NCBI GenBank assembly: GCA_963704725.1
Contig: OY969934.1
Location: 736,001-800,000 of the forward strand
Source of the DNA: an uncultured Actinomycetes bacterium
GTDB lineage: Bacteria > Actinomycetota > UBA4738 > HRBIN12
DNA: 64,000 bases
Reading direction: 5' to 3'
Shown here in pieces: positions 1-9,508 of the stretch. Each line of letters begins with the position of its first letter. Position 1 is the stretch's first letter. Position numbers and translations under genes: made by a program. A model generated the notes under the pieces. That model was not told where the DNA came from. It ran no database searches and saw nothing but the letters and a program-made list of their open reading frames with translations.

Positions 1-739
1 CGACATGGCGAGGGCCGCCCGGTCGCTGCCGGACCTCGTGGACGCGTACCGCGCCGGCGGCGCGCCGCCGCCGATCCCCTGGGAGCCGGAGGGACGCGCC
101 GAATCCAACCGCACGGTCTACCTGAACCTCCTGGGAACCGAGTGGCTTCCCTCGATCGCCGACGTCGACTCGCGCCTGAGGGCCCACCCGCCTGCGCGCG
201 TCGCCGACGTGGGGTGTGGGGTGGGGTGGTCGAGCATCGCCATAGCGCAGGCGTATCCGGACGTCCTCGTGCACGGATTCGACCTCGACGAGGACGCGAT
301 CGAGGCCGCGCGCCGGTACGCGGCACGCGAGGGCCTGTCGAAGCGGGTGACCTTCTCGGTCTCCGACGCGTCGGACCAGGGTCTGGCCGGTCGCTTCGAC
401 CTCGTCACTCTCCTGGAGTGCCTGCACGACATGTCGCGGCCCGTCGAGGCGCTCCGCGTGGCGCGCGAGATGCTCGCCGACGGCGGGACGGTCCTCGTGG
501 CCGACGAGCCCGTCGAGGAGTCGTTCACCGCCGCCGCCCCGGACAGCGACCGGTACGCGTACGGATGGAGCCTGGTGGCCTGCCTGCCGTCCGCGATGGG
601 CGACCCGGAGACCGCCGCCACCGGCACCGTGCTCCGCCCCGACACCGTGCGCCGCTACGCGTCGGAGGCCGGGTTCCAGAGCGTCGAGATCGTGCCGATC
701 GAGACCGACTACTGGCGTTTCTACCGGCTCCACACCTAG
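1..739 (+). CDS. Class I SAM-dependent methyltransferase (Rv2258c-like), probably 5'-truncated by the window edge
   Basis: VADVGCGVGWS motif I, GFDLD, FDLVTLLECLHDM, C-terminal ATGTVLRP...AGF. Confidence 0.85.
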   Translation, partial: DMARAARSLPDLVDAYRAGGAPPPIPWEPEGRAESNRTVYLNLLGTEWLPSIADVDSRLRAHPPARVADVGCGVGWSSIAIAQAYPDVLVHGFDLDEDAIEAARRYAAREGLSKRVTFSVSDASDQGLAGRFDLVTLLECLHDMSRPVEALRVAREMLADGGTVLVADEPVEESFTAAAPDSDRYAYGWSLVACLPSAMGDPETAATGTVLRPDTVRRYASEAGFQSVEIVPIETDYWRFYRLHT

Positions 740-896
740 CGGCCCGGCACCGACGTGGCCTGGGGCCGGGCCTCGTTCGCCGCGGCCGGACCTGGCGGTT
801 CATCCGGTCCGGGGTCGAGGTCGCAGAATAGGCCTACGCTAGAGACGTGCTCCCGCCATCGGTCGACCGGTACGGCGGGGCAGATCGCCGTTTCGC

Positions 897-1352
897 ATGA
901 AGCTGTGCTCGTGGCCCGCAGGGTGCGCGCAGGAGACCTCGAGCGACGCCGAGCTGTGCGAGTACCACAGGAAGCTCTCCGGTGGGCTCCTCGGCGACAG
1001 CGGCGAAGCCGACAAGGCGACGATGCGGCTGAACCTCAGGCGCGAACAGCGCTCCCCGGGTCGCCGACGCGCGCCGCGGCGGCCCCAACCCGTTGAGGAG
1101 GAGACGATGCGCAGCCAGACGATCTCGAACGAGCGCACGGTGTACTTCGAACCGCCGCACTACGCACCCGATGAGATCGACGCCGTCCTGCCCGACGGCA
1201 CGCGCCTGAAGTCCGCCTTGCAGCTCGACGGGCAGCGTCTCGGATTCGAGCGGGCGTTGCCTGTCGGAACGCTGATCCTCCTGGACGGCGTTCGCGGGTG
1301 GGTCGTGGGCTCGCCCCCGCCGGAAACCGGAGGCGAGCCACCGACCGCATGA
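897..1352 (+). CDS. Hypothetical protein with N-terminal Cys/His motif (C-x5-C-x10-C-x2-H)
   Basis: ORF with GC-typical codons; MKLCSWPAGC...LCEYH. Confidence 0.5.
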   Translation: MKLCSWPAGCAQETSSDAELCEYHRKLSGGLLGDSGEADKATMRLNLRREQRSPGRRRAPRRPQPVEEETMRSQTISNERTVYFEPPHYAPDEIDAVLPDGTRLKSALQLDGQRLGFERALPVGTLILLDGVRGWVVGSPPPETGGEPPTA

Positions 1353-1370
1353 GCCGGCGAGACGCTCGGC

Positions 1371-1934
1371 TCAGCGAGCCTGCCGCACCTCGGTCTCGTC
1401 GTCTCGGTCGTTGAGCAGCTGGGAGAACAGCGCGCGGTAGTGCACGAGGGCCTGTCGCATGTCCTCGGTGCTCGCCGCGCTCGTGCCCACCCTTGAGGAG
1501 ATCCGGTTCGCCGCCCGATAGTGCTCGACGACCCGCGGGTGGTCGACGGAGACGTCGGCGGCCCGCCGCTCGAAGTTCTCCATCGGGTAGCCCCGCTCCC
1601 GCATGACGAGGATGACCAGCTCGTTCGCCTCGGCGAGCGCGACGGCGGGCTGGTCGACGAACCGAGCCTGCACGTCCTTCCACTGCTCCTCGCGGCGCCG
1701 GCGCATCGCCGGATCGAGCGGTCGGATGTCGAGCCCCTCCCGCCGCGCCCGTCGCTCGGAGAGCTCGGACTCGGCGGCCTTGCGATCCTCGCGCTGTTGG
1801 AGGGTTCGGTCGTACTCGGGACCGAACTGTTCGCGGAGCGAGGTGGTGCGACGTTTGTTCATGGCCGCCCAAGCGATCACGCCGATCACGAGGACGGCGG
1901 CGACGGCGATGATGATCCACACCAGGGCATCCAT
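1371..1934 (-). CDS. Conserved actinobacterial membrane-anchored/secreted hypothetical protein
   Basis: N-terminal TM helix, LREQFGPEYDR, QARFVDQP...RGYP, TEDMRQALVHYRALF; SD ggaaggag. Confidence 0.8.
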   Translation of the reverse strand: MDALVWIIIAVAAVLVIGVIAWAAMNKRRTTSLREQFGPEYDRTLQQREDRKAAESELSERRARREGLDIRPLDPAMRRRREEQWKDVQARFVDQPAVALAEANELVILVMRERGYPMENFERRAADVSVDHPRVVEHYRAANRISSRVGTSAASTEDMRQALVHYRALFSQLLNDRDDETEVRQAR

Positions 1935-1985
1935 GGCGCACTCCTTCCCGCCGGCGAACGCGGTCGCGCTCGCCGCGGGACGTGT

Positions 1986-2011
1986 CTACCCGTCCGTACG
2001 TCCCCGCACAC
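1986..2011 (-). promoter_or_regulatory. SigB/SigF-type promoter (GTGT-N16-GGGTAG)
   Basis: Near-consensus motif upstream of the 1371-1934 gene. Confidence 0.45.
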
Positions 2012-2018
2012 GTGCCGC

Positions 2019-2861
2019 CTATGCCGCGATCTCGGTCCCCTCGGCGGCGATCGAGACGCGCGCGGGGTCGACGTCCCACCCTAGGAGCACCCGCTCGCGC
2101 AAGGCCTCGACCTCTTCGTCGGAATGCATGGGATCGTGGTGGAACAGCACCAGCCGTTCCGGGTCGACGATCCGGGCGAACGCGGCAACGTCCGAGGCGC
2201 TCGAGTGGCCGAACCCGACCCGCGACGCGTACTCCTCCTCCGTGTACTGGCAGTCGTGGATCAGCACGTCCGTCCCCCACGCGAGCGCGGCCCCGGAGAT
2301 CCACTCTGGCGCGGCGGTCGCGAGGTCCGTGCCGAGCGCCGGCTCGTGGTCGGTGAGGTACGCGATCGAGACGCCGTCCGCCTCCATGCGGTAGCCGACG
2401 GTGATGCCCTGATGCTGGATCGAGGCCGAGCGCATCGTGGCGCCGCCGATCGTCCACGAGCCCTCGGGGGCGTCGTGGAACGTGACCATCGCCGGCACCT
2501 CGGACAGGTGCACGGGGAACAGCGGCGGTGAGAAGTACTTCGCCAGGCGCTCCTCGAGCGAGACGAGCGGCGAGGCCGGCCCCCAGATGTGCAGGTCCGT
2601 CCCCGCGCGCCAGATCGGCTCGAACACGCCGAGCCCCTCGACGTGGTCGACGTGCAGGTGCGTGATCAACAGGTCGATCCGCGGCGGCTGCTCCTCGACG
2701 AGCGCGTGGCCGAGGGCCCGCGCGCCGGTCCCGGCGTCCAGCACGAGCAGCGTGCCGTCGTCCAGGCGGACCTCGACGCACGACGTGTTCCCGCCGTAGC
2801 GGACGGTGTCGGATCCCGGCGCTGCGATCGTGCCCCTGCTGCCCCAGAAGCGGATGCGCAT
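2019..2861 (-). CDS. Metallo-beta-lactamase fold hydrolase (phosphodiesterase/RNase Z-like)
   Basis: RFWGSRGT...RYGGNTSCVEV, LDAGTG, THLHVDH (HxHxDH), TDHE, FGHS, LFHHDP. Confidence 0.9.
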   Translation of the reverse strand: MRIRFWGSRGTIAAPGSDTVRYGGNTSCVEVRLDDGTLLVLDAGTGARALGHALVEEQPPRIDLLITHLHVDHVEGLGVFEPIWRAGTDLHIWGPASPLVSLEERLAKYFSPPLFPVHLSEVPAMVTFHDAPEGSWTIGGATMRSASIQHQGITVGYRMEADGVSIAYLTDHEPALGTDLATAAPEWISGAALAWGTDVLIHDCQYTEEEYASRVGFGHSSASDVAAFARIVDPERLVLFHHDPMHSDEEVEALRERVLLGWDVDPARVSIAAEGTEIAA

Positions 2862-2864
2862 CGA

Positions 2865-3272
2865 TCAGCCTTCGAGGTTCTCCCAGAAGAACGCGATCGC
2901 GCCGACCACGTCGCCCGCGTGGGCGAGCAGGGGGAAGGCCGTGGCCTCGATCTTGCGGGAGACGCCGTCGGCGCCGGTGATCGTCAGTGGTCCGTGCGAG
3001 GGCTGCCGCAGGTTCACGGCGATGCCGAGCGGCGTCTCGGACGGCCCGAGATGCTCGCCGCGCTCGTCCGTGGGGCTGAACAGCTTCGTGTACTCCTCGG
3101 CCGACATCCCGTGCCCCTCCATGAACGGTGTGCCGAGCAGGTCCTCGGCCGCCTCGTTGAAGAAGATCACGCGTCCCTCGGCGTCGACGAGGAAGACCGC
3201 CGTGGCCAGGCGGGAGGCGAAGTTCCTGGCCAGGATCAGGACCAGGTGTCGTTGCGGCGGCACGTCGTCCAT
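2865..3272 (-). CDS. Stand-alone PAS domain protein
   Basis: AVFLVDAEGRVIFFNEAAEDLLG PAS core; ADGVSRKIEATAFPL...VVGAIAFF PAC-like end; stop 3 nt before the MBL gene. Confidence 0.85.
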   Translation of the reverse strand: MDDVPPQRHLVLILARNFASRLATAVFLVDAEGRVIFFNEAAEDLLGTPFMEGHGMSAEEYTKLFSPTDERGEHLGPSETPLGIAVNLRQPSHGPLTITGADGVSRKIEATAFPLLAHAGDVVGAIAFFWENLEG

Positions 3273-3350
3273 GTGCGGTCGAGCCTACCCTGCCGCGCGC
3301 CGTCGGCCATCGGAGTAGGCTCCTGGTCCCGATCGCAGGAGGTGGAGAGC

Positions 3351-3725
3351 ATGCTGAAGGACGGACAGACGGCCGCGACGCTGGCGGTCTCGGACATGGC
3401 GCGGGCCAAGGCCTTCTACGCCGACACCCTCGGGTACACGGCCACGCGGGAGTCCGAGGGCGGGGTCCTGTTCCAGGCCGGGCAGGGGACGGCTTTCTTC
3501 GTCTACCCGTCGCAGTTCGCCGGGACGAACAAGGCCACCTCGATGAGCGTGAACGTGGACGACTTCGACGGCACGATCGCCGACCTGCGGGCCAAGGGCA
3601 TCACGTTCATGGACTACGACTTCCCGGGCCTGAAGACGGAGAACGGGGTTGCCGACACCCCGGACGGGAAGATCGCGTGGTTCGCGGACCCCGACGGCAA
3701 CATCATCGGCGTCACGAGCATGTGA
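3351..3725 (+). CDS. VOC/glyoxalase family protein
   Basis: SD caggagg; LAVSDMARAKAFYADTLG...IAWFADPDGNIIG. Confidence 0.9.
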   Translation: MLKDGQTAATLAVSDMARAKAFYADTLGYTATRESEGGVLFQAGQGTAFFVYPSQFAGTNKATSMSVNVDDFDGTIADLRAKGITFMDYDFPGLKTENGVADTPDGKIAWFADPDGNIIGVTSM

Positions 3726-3732
3726 CGGCGGG

Positions 3733-4167
3733 CTAGAGCCTGTCCTCGCCGTGCTCGTCGGCGAAGTCCCAGATCCGGAGAACGCCGGGCACGAGCCGAA
3801 CGGTGAGCTCGTTGCCCCCCACCGACGACACGTACTCGCGGCCCTTCTCCGGGCCGATGTACCGGCTCGCGATCCGGACGGCGGTCTCGAACGCGTTCTC
3901 CTCGACGAAGGCCGCTTCCGCGCGGACCTCGACGCCCCGCATCGGCGGCGCGGACTCGGCGACCACGATCGAGGCTCTCGGATCCCGCCGCAGGTGGCGG
4001 ACCTTCACGTCGTTGGCCCCGACCCAGACGTTGAAGCCGCCGTCGCGCCACTCGTGCCACACCGGCGAGAGCAGCACGGTGCCGTCCCGCCGGGGCGTCG
4101 CCAGGATCGCGACGAGCGGCTCGTCCAGGAAGCCGGCGAGATCGTCCACGTTCAGGTTCGTTCGCAC
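3733..4167 (-). CDS. PPOX-class (pyridoxamine 5'-phosphate oxidase-like, F420-type) oxidoreductase
   Basis: AILATPRRDGTVLLSPVW, KVRHLRRDPRASIVV. Confidence 0.85.
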   Translation of the reverse strand: MRTNLNVDDLAGFLDEPLVAILATPRRDGTVLLSPVWHEWRDGGFNVWVGANDVKVRHLRRDPRASIVVAESAPPMRGVEVRAEAAFVEENAFETAVRIASRYIGPEKGREYVSSVGGNELTVRLVPGVLRIWDFADEHGEDRL

Positions 4168-4196
4168 GTCGCCTCCTGCCTCGGGCCGGGGTCTCG

Positions 4197-4640
4197 GTGA
4201 ACGGAGGGTATCGTGCCACCGGCCCGCTCCGCGTGTCCCGCTCGATCGTCGTCCCCGAGCGGGAGCTGCGGTGGCGGTTCAGTCGCTCGTCGGGGCCGGG
4301 CGGGCAGTCGGTCAACACGGCCGACTCGCGGGTGGAGCTGCGGCTCGACCTGACCACGACGACCGCGCTCGGCCCGATCCAGCGCGCCCGGGCCCTGCAC
4401 CGGCTGGAGGGTCGCCTCGTCGACGGCGTGCTCTCGGTCACGGCATCCGAGGAGCGTTCGCAGCTGCAGAACCGGGAGGCGGCCCGGGCTCGCCTGGCCG
4501 CGATCCTGGCCGAGGCGGTCGCCCCGCCGCCGCCGAAGCGCCGGCGGACGCGACCGACGCGCGCGGCCGTCGAGCGCCGCCTGCAGGACAAGCGGCGCCG
4601 AGCCCAGACGAAGCGCCTGCGCCGGTCCGAGGACGACTGA
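4197..4640 (+). CDS. arfB: Alternative ribosome-rescue peptidyl-tRNA hydrolase ArfB
   Basis: FSRSSGPGGQSVN GGQ motif, RSQLQNRE, basic C-terminal tail RRTRPTRAAVERRL. Confidence 0.95.
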   Translation: MNGGYRATGPLRVSRSIVVPERELRWRFSRSSGPGGQSVNTADSRVELRLDLTTTTALGPIQRARALHRLEGRLVDGVLSVTASEERSQLQNREAARARLAAILAEAVAPPPPKRRRTRPTRAAVERRLQDKRRRAQTKRLRRSEDD

Positions 4641-4647
4641 AGCTCGC

Positions 4648-7485
4648 TCAGCGCGGCCGCTGGGCCTCGGCCTCGCGGGAGCGGCCCATCCGCCGCTCGG
4701 CCTCGGCCGGGTCGCCACGTCGGGTGGAGACGTCGGCGAGGGCTCGCCACATCCAGCTCCCGAGCTGGCGCTCGCCGAGCTCCTCGGAGATGCGGATCGC
4801 GGTGCGAAGGTCCTGCTCGGCCTCGTCCAGGCTGCCGAGCTCGCGGCGGATCTCGCCGCGCTCGGCCAGCGCGTCGGCGTACTCCCACCTCGCGCCGACG
4901 TCTTCGAAGATGGCGATCCCGCGCTCGAAGCAGGGGAGCGCCTCCTCGTACCGGCCCAGGTCCTCCAGGATGCGGCCTCGCTGCACCGCCGTCACCGCCA
5001 TGCTGAACTGGTCGCCGGCCCGCTCGGCCAGCGCGATGGCCTGGTCGCTCAGGAGGAGGGCCTCCTGGTACTCGCCCATGCTGTCGCGCGTGATCGACAT
5101 CGAGTTGAGCGCGCGGGCCCGGGCCCAGGCGTCCTCGGGATCGGCCTCCTCGAGGGCGCGACGCCAGATCGCCAGCGCGTCCTCCCAGCTCCGGCGCGTC
5201 CACGGCACCCATCCGGCGAACAGCAGCGTGCGGACGATCGCCCACGGGTCGCCGAGCTCCTGCGCCGCGGCCAGCGAACCCGCGAGCAAACGCTCGGCCC
5301 GGTCGAGGTCTCCCTCGACATTGATCGCGATGTCGCCGAGGAAGCGCAGCGCGAGCGCGAGCGTCCACGCGTCGCCCGTGCCGCGCCCCAGCGCGACGGC
5401 GCGATCCAGGACCTCGGTCGCCGCCGGGTACTCGCCGAGCCAGTACCTCGCCTCGCCCATGCCCGCGAGCGCTCGGGCCTCGCGCTTGGCCCATCGCTCC
5501 TCGGGCCCGGCCATCCGGAGCGCCCGCCGGTAGTAGTCGACCGCCGAGCGGCTCTCCATCCGCCGGCGGGCCCGATCGCCGGCGCCGAGGAGCGCGTCCA
5601 CCGCGCGCTCGGGCACCGTCCGGTCCTCCGGATCGAGGTCGAGCGAGGCCAGCGCGGCCTGCTCGAGGTGCTCGGCCGCCCACGTCCGGTGGCCCGACGC
5701 CGTCAGCCGCTCCGAGATGAGCTGGTGGAGCCGGACGCGCTCGCGCTTGGGCAGGCTGGCGTAGGCGACGTCCTTCAGCGTGGCGTGCCGGACCCGCCAC
5801 CGCGGCACGGTCCGGCTCTCCTCCTCGCGCACGAGGACCTCGGCCTCCTCGAGCTGCCGGAGCTCGGCCTCGGTGGCCTGCGGGTCGATCAGGACCAGCT
5901 CGGCGAGGTCGAACGAGACGAAGAACACGGAGGCCCGCCGCGCCACCTCGCGCAGGCGCGGCGCGAGCGCATCGAGGCGGGCGGAGACCACCGCCTGCAC
6001 GGTCGGCGGCAGCGACGTGCGCGGCCCGGTGGTCCCGGGAGCCGAGGGGTCGGGCAGCAGCATCCCCGTCGTCTCGATGATGAAGAACGGGTTGCCGTCG
6101 GCGCGCGCCGCGATCTCGGCGGCCTCGGCGTCCTCTATGCGCCCGCCGCTCGCTTGCCGCACGAGGTCGATGGACTCCTCGGTCGAGAGCGGGTCGAGCC
6201 GGAGCAGCACGGCGTTCGCGGTGCTCGAGCCCCACGCCGGGCGCTCCTCGAGGAGGCCGGGCCGGGCCAGCGCCAGAACCATGGCCCGCCGCTTGCCGCC
6301 GCGGGCGGGCGCGCCGAGGCGTTCGACGAGCCCGAGCATCGGCGCCTTCAGCGTGTGCGCGTCCTCGAAGACCAGCAGGACGGGGCGCTCGCGCGAGACG
6401 CCGTCGACGAGCGCGACGAACCCGGCCTGCACGTCCTGGACGAACGCGGACTCGTCGCGGCGCTCGTCGATCTCGAACAGCAGGAGGAGTCGGTCGGCGA
6501 TCCGCGTGTCGCCGTCCGCGGTGCGCTCGGCGAGCTCGCGGAGCCGTTGCCGGATCTTCTCGGGCGGGTCGCCGTCTTCGATCCCGGCCAGGTCGACCAC
6601 GATCGCGGCCGCCGGCGCGAACGTCTCGGTGTCCGTGTAGGAGCGGGCACGGCCGTGCAGCACGGCGACGTCGTCGCCGAGCCCGGCCACGAGCTCGTCG
6701 GCCAGGCGCGACTTGCCGATGCCCGGCTCTCCGATCACGGTGACGAGTGCGGGTCGCCCGGTGCTCCGGACGCGGGCCAGGCTCTCGCGCAGGATCGTGA
6801 GCTCGCTGGTGCGGCCGACGAACGGGATGGTCCGGCGAGCCGACCGCGCCGTGAGCCCCTGGACCGGGGACGCGACGAGCCCCGCGTCGAAGCCCTTGGC
6901 CGGCACCTCGCGCCGGTCCGCGTACGACACCGAGGCTGCGGTCAGGGCGACGGCGGTCTGCCCGGCCAGCACCTCGCCCGGCAGGGCGGCGGTCTGCAGA
7001 CGGGCCGCGGCGTTCACCACGGTGCCGGTCACGAGGAGCTGGCCGGCCGGCCCGAGCCCCGTGGCCGCCTCGCCGGACTCGATCCCGATCCGGACCTGGA
7101 GCCGCTCGGGCAGGCCGAGTGAGTCGCCGATGCGCCGCACCCGGTCCCGGATGGCCAGGCCGGCCCGGACCGCGCGGAGCGCGTCGTCCTCGTGGACGGT
7201 GGGCAGGCCGAACACCGCCATCACGGCGTCGCCGATGAACTTCTCCGGCCGGCCCCGGAGCGCGAGGAGCTCCTCGGTCGCGACGTCGGAGAACCGGCCG
7301 AGCACCTCGCGTGCGCGCTCGGCATCGAGGCGCTGAGCGAGGCCGGTCGAGTCGACGAGGTCGGCGAACAGGACCGTGACCATCTTCCGCTCGTCGGTGC
7401 CGAGCGGGGTGCCCACGACCGCGCCGCAGTTCGGGCAGAACCGAGCGCCATCCGGGAGCGGCTCGCCGCAGACCGTGCAGCTCAT
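4648..7485 (-). CDS. Zinc-ribbon + class III adenylate/guanylate cyclase + AAA ATPase + TPR protein
   Basis: CTVCG...FCPNCG; VTVLFADLVDST, KFIGDAVMAVFG, VNAAARLQ; Walker A GEPGIGKS; GNPFF; TPR-like helices. Confidence 0.92.
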   Translation of the reverse strand: MSCTVCGEPLPDGARFCPNCGAVVGTPLGTDERKMVTVLFADLVDSTGLAQRLDAERAREVLGRFSDVATEELLALRGRPEKFIGDAVMAVFGLPTVHEDDALRAVRAGLAIRDRVRRIGDSLGLPERLQVRIGIESGEAATGLGPAGQLLVTGTVVNAAARLQTAALPGEVLAGQTAVALTAASVSYADRREVPAKGFDAGLVASPVQGLTARSARRTIPFVGRTSELTILRESLARVRSTGRPALVTVIGEPGIGKSRLADELVAGLGDDVAVLHGRARSYTDTETFAPAAAIVVDLAGIEDGDPPEKIRQRLRELAERTADGDTRIADRLLLLFEIDERRDESAFVQDVQAGFVALVDGVSRERPVLLVFEDAHTLKAPMLGLVERLGAPARGGKRRAMVLALARPGLLEERPAWGSSTANAVLLRLDPLSTEESIDLVRQASGGRIEDAEAAEIAARADGNPFFIIETTGMLLPDPSAPGTTGPRTSLPPTVQAVVSARLDALAPRLREVARRASVFFVSFDLAELVLIDPQATEAELRQLEEAEVLVREEESRTVPRWRVRHATLKDVAYASLPKRERVRLHQLISERLTASGHRTWAAEHLEQAALASLDLDPEDRTVPERAVDALLGAGDRARRRMESRSAVDYYRRALRMAGPEERWAKREARALAGMGEARYWLGEYPAATEVLDRAVALGRGTGDAWTLALALRFLGDIAINVEGDLDRAERLLAGSLAAAQELGDPWAIVRTLLFAGWVPWTRRSWEDALAIWRRALEEADPEDAWARARALNSMSITRDSMGEYQEALLLSDQAIALAERAGDQFSMAVTAVQRGRILEDLGRYEEALPCFERGIAIFEDVGARWEYADALAERGEIRRELGSLDEAEQDLRTAIRISEELGERQLGSWMWRALADVSTRRGDPAEAERRMGRSREAEAQRPR

Positions 7486-7549
7486 CTCGAGCAGGATAGG
7501 CGGCGGGAACGACGCGGGACCTCAGCGCGTGCGGGCCGGCCGTGAAGGG

Positions 7550-8464
7550 CTACGGCTCGCGGCCCAGGCGCCCGCTCCACCACAGCGCGCCCGAACCCAC
7601 GACGAGGAGGAGCGCCACCGCCACCATCTGGAGCACGACGCGTCCGCTGCTGCCCGTGAAGGCGGTGCCGCCCGGAGGATTGGTGATCGTTGCCCCCTCG
7701 ACCGCGGGGCTCGAGGTCGAGGGCGTGACGGTCGTCCCCTCCACCGACGGGCTGTCCGAGGGCGAGGGGCTCGGCGAGGGCGAGGGGCTCGGCGAGGGCG
7801 AGGGGCTCGGCGAGGGGCTCGGGCTCGGCGAGGGCGACGGGCTGGGCGAGGGTGACGGGCTCGGGCTGGGACTCGGTGAAGGGCTCGGACTGGGACTCGG
7901 TGAAGGGCTCGGACTGGGACTCGGTGAAGGTGATGGGCTCGGGCTCGGCGAGGGTGACGGGCTCGGGCTCGGCGAAGGTGACGGGCTCGGGCTGGGGCTC
8001 GGGCCGCAGGGCTGTCCGCCGAGCTGCCACGCCACCAGCTCGTGGAACCGCGGGATGCCCTGCGCGTCGAGGGTGCCGAAGTCGATGCCTTTGGCCAGGT
8101 CGGTCTGCCAGATGCACGGCGGCAGCGACACCGTGAGCGTGTAGGTCCCCGGCTCGGTCGTCGACAGGGTGGCCGAGTCGAAGAGCGTCTCGGGTCCCGC
8201 CGTCGGCGGCGTCAGTCCCTGTGCCACCCAGCTCGTGACCGTGAACTCGACCGGATCGCAGGTCGGCAGCCCGTTCTCGGTGACGATCACGACCGTGCCC
8301 ACGCCCCCGCTCAGGCTCTGGGTCACGTCGGGGTGGTTGTCGCACGTTCCGGGGGGAGGCGCGGCCGCGGAGGGCGTAGGCGAGAGCACCCAGGCGATGG
8401 CGGGGGCGAGAACGATCGCCGCGGCGAGGGCAAGCGCGCCCGATCTCGATCGCTTCGCCTTCAC
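7550..8464 (-). CDS. Secreted surface protein with long Ser-Pro linker and sortase-like C-terminal anchor (TAFTG + TM + basic tail)
   Basis: Signal peptide, small Cys-containing beta domain, about 40 SP dipeptides, TAFTG then hydrophobic helix and WWSGRLGR. Confidence 0.8.
   Translation of the reverse strand: MKAKRSRSGALALAAAIVLAPAIAWVLSPTPSAAAPPPGTCDNHPDVTQSLSGGVGTVVIVTENGLPTCDPVEFTVTSWVAQGLTPPTAGPETLFDSATLSTTEPGTYTLTVSLPPCIWQTDLAKGIDFGTLDAQGIPRFHELVAWQLGGQPCGPSPSPSPSPSPSPSPSPSPSPSPSPSPSPSPSPSPSPSPSPSPSPSPSPSPSPSPSPSPSPSPSPSPSPSPSPSPSPSPSPSDSPSVEGTTVTPSTSSPAVEGATITNPPGGTAFTGSSGRVVLQMVAVALLLVVGSGALWWSGRLGREP
7755..8004 (-). repeat. Hexamer-based tandem repeat encoding (Ser-Pro)n
   Basis: gggctc/ggcgag/ggtgac repeats, with longer duplicated units such as ctgggactcggtgaagg. 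Confidence 0.9.
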
Positions 8465-8473
8465 CGCGCGACT

Positions 8474-8498
8474 CTACCCCGATGCCCCCGAGCGAAAC
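8474..8498 (-). promoter_or_regulatory. SigB/SigF-type promoter (GTTT-N15-GGGTAG)
   Basis: Motif ends 9 nt upstream of the GTG start of the SP-linker gene. Confidence 0.55.
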
Positions 8499-8599
8499 GA
8501 GCGCGGGGAGGAAATCGGTGTTCGCGCTCCGTGCAACGGTAACGGATCGCCCCCGCCGAGCGGTCTCATGGACAACGAGGCGATGAGGAGGAGTGTGTC

Positions 8600-9445
8600 G
8601 TGAAGACTTCAGCGTGGATCCGCGGGATCGCCGTGGCCGTCGTCGGTGGGAGCCTGGTGCTGGCGGCAGCCGCGCCCGCGCTCGCCGACCCCGCCGCGGA
8701 CCTGTCGGTCACCAAGACGGGAGCCGCCGACGCGGTGGCCGGGGCCAACCTCACGTACACGATCTCGGTCTCGAACGCCGGACCGGATGCCGCGACGAGC
8801 GCCTCGCTCTCGGATCCGCTGCCCGCGGGCACGACGTTCGTCTCGCTGGCGGTCGCGGCCGGCTGGACGTGCACGACGCCGGCGGTCGGGGCCACGGGCA
8901 CCGTCTCCTGCACGAACCCCTCGGTGGCCATGGCGTCGAGCGACGTGTTCACCCTCGTCGTGAACGTGGCCGCCGACACCGCGGACGCGACGAGCATCGC
9001 CAACACCGCCACCGTCACGTCGGCGACGGCCGACGCGAACACCGTGAACAACGCGGCCACCGCGACCGCCACGGTGGGGCTGGCGCTCGACCTCTGCACG
9101 ATCACGGGCACCAACCGGTCGGACACGCTCACCGGCACGGCGGGCGACGACGTCATCTGCGGAGGGAACGGCAAGGACACGATCGACGGGGCCGCCGGGA
9201 ACGACGTCATCGTCGGCGGCAACGGGAAGGACGTGCTCACCGGCGGCGACGGCAACGACACGGTGATGGGCCGCAACGGGAAGGACGAGGTCACCGGCGG
9301 AGCCGGGCTCGACGTGCTGTCGGGCGGCAACGGACGCGACACCCTGAACGCTCAGGACGCCGCGGCCGGCGATGTCGTCGACGGAGGCCCCGGGCGTGAC
9401 GACTGCCTCTCCGACGCGGGCGATACCGTGACCAACTGCCCGTAG
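8600..9445 (+). CDS. Secreted DUF11-domain protein with RTX/hemolysin-type Ca-binding repeats
   Basis: ADLSVTKT...[15 protein letters not shown]...[11 protein letters not shown]; GGNGKDxLxGGxGND nonapeptide repeats. Confidence 0.9.
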   Translation: MKTSAWIRGIAVAVVGGSLVLAAAAPALADPAADLSVTKTGAADAVAGANLTYTISVSNAGPDAATSASLSDPLPAGTTFVSLAVAAGWTCTTPAVGATGTVSCTNPSVAMASSDVFTLVVNVAADTADATSIANTATVTSATADANTVNNAATATATVGLALDLCTITGTNRSDTLTGTAGDDVICGGNGKDTIDGAAGNDVIVGGNGKDVLTGGDGNDTVMGRNGKDEVTGGAGLDVLSGGNGRDTLNAQDAAAGDVVDGGPGRDDCLSDAGDTVTNCP

Positions 9446-9465
9446 CGGCAGAACCGGTGGGCGAC

Positions 9466-9504
9466 GGCCCGCCGTCGGGCAGCCCCCCTGCCCGGCGGCG
9501 GGCC
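9466..9504. terminator. Bidirectional hairpin terminator between convergent genes
   Basis: ggcccgccgtcgggcag-ccccc-ctgcccggcggcgggcc, 17-bp stem with one G-U pair. Confidence 0.75.
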
Positions 9505-9508
9505 TTCC

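Noticed and set aside
4648-7485. Cyclase-AAA-TPR as an Avs/STAND antiphage system
   Set aside because: This architecture is widespread and often multicopy in such actinobacteria; there is no defence context.
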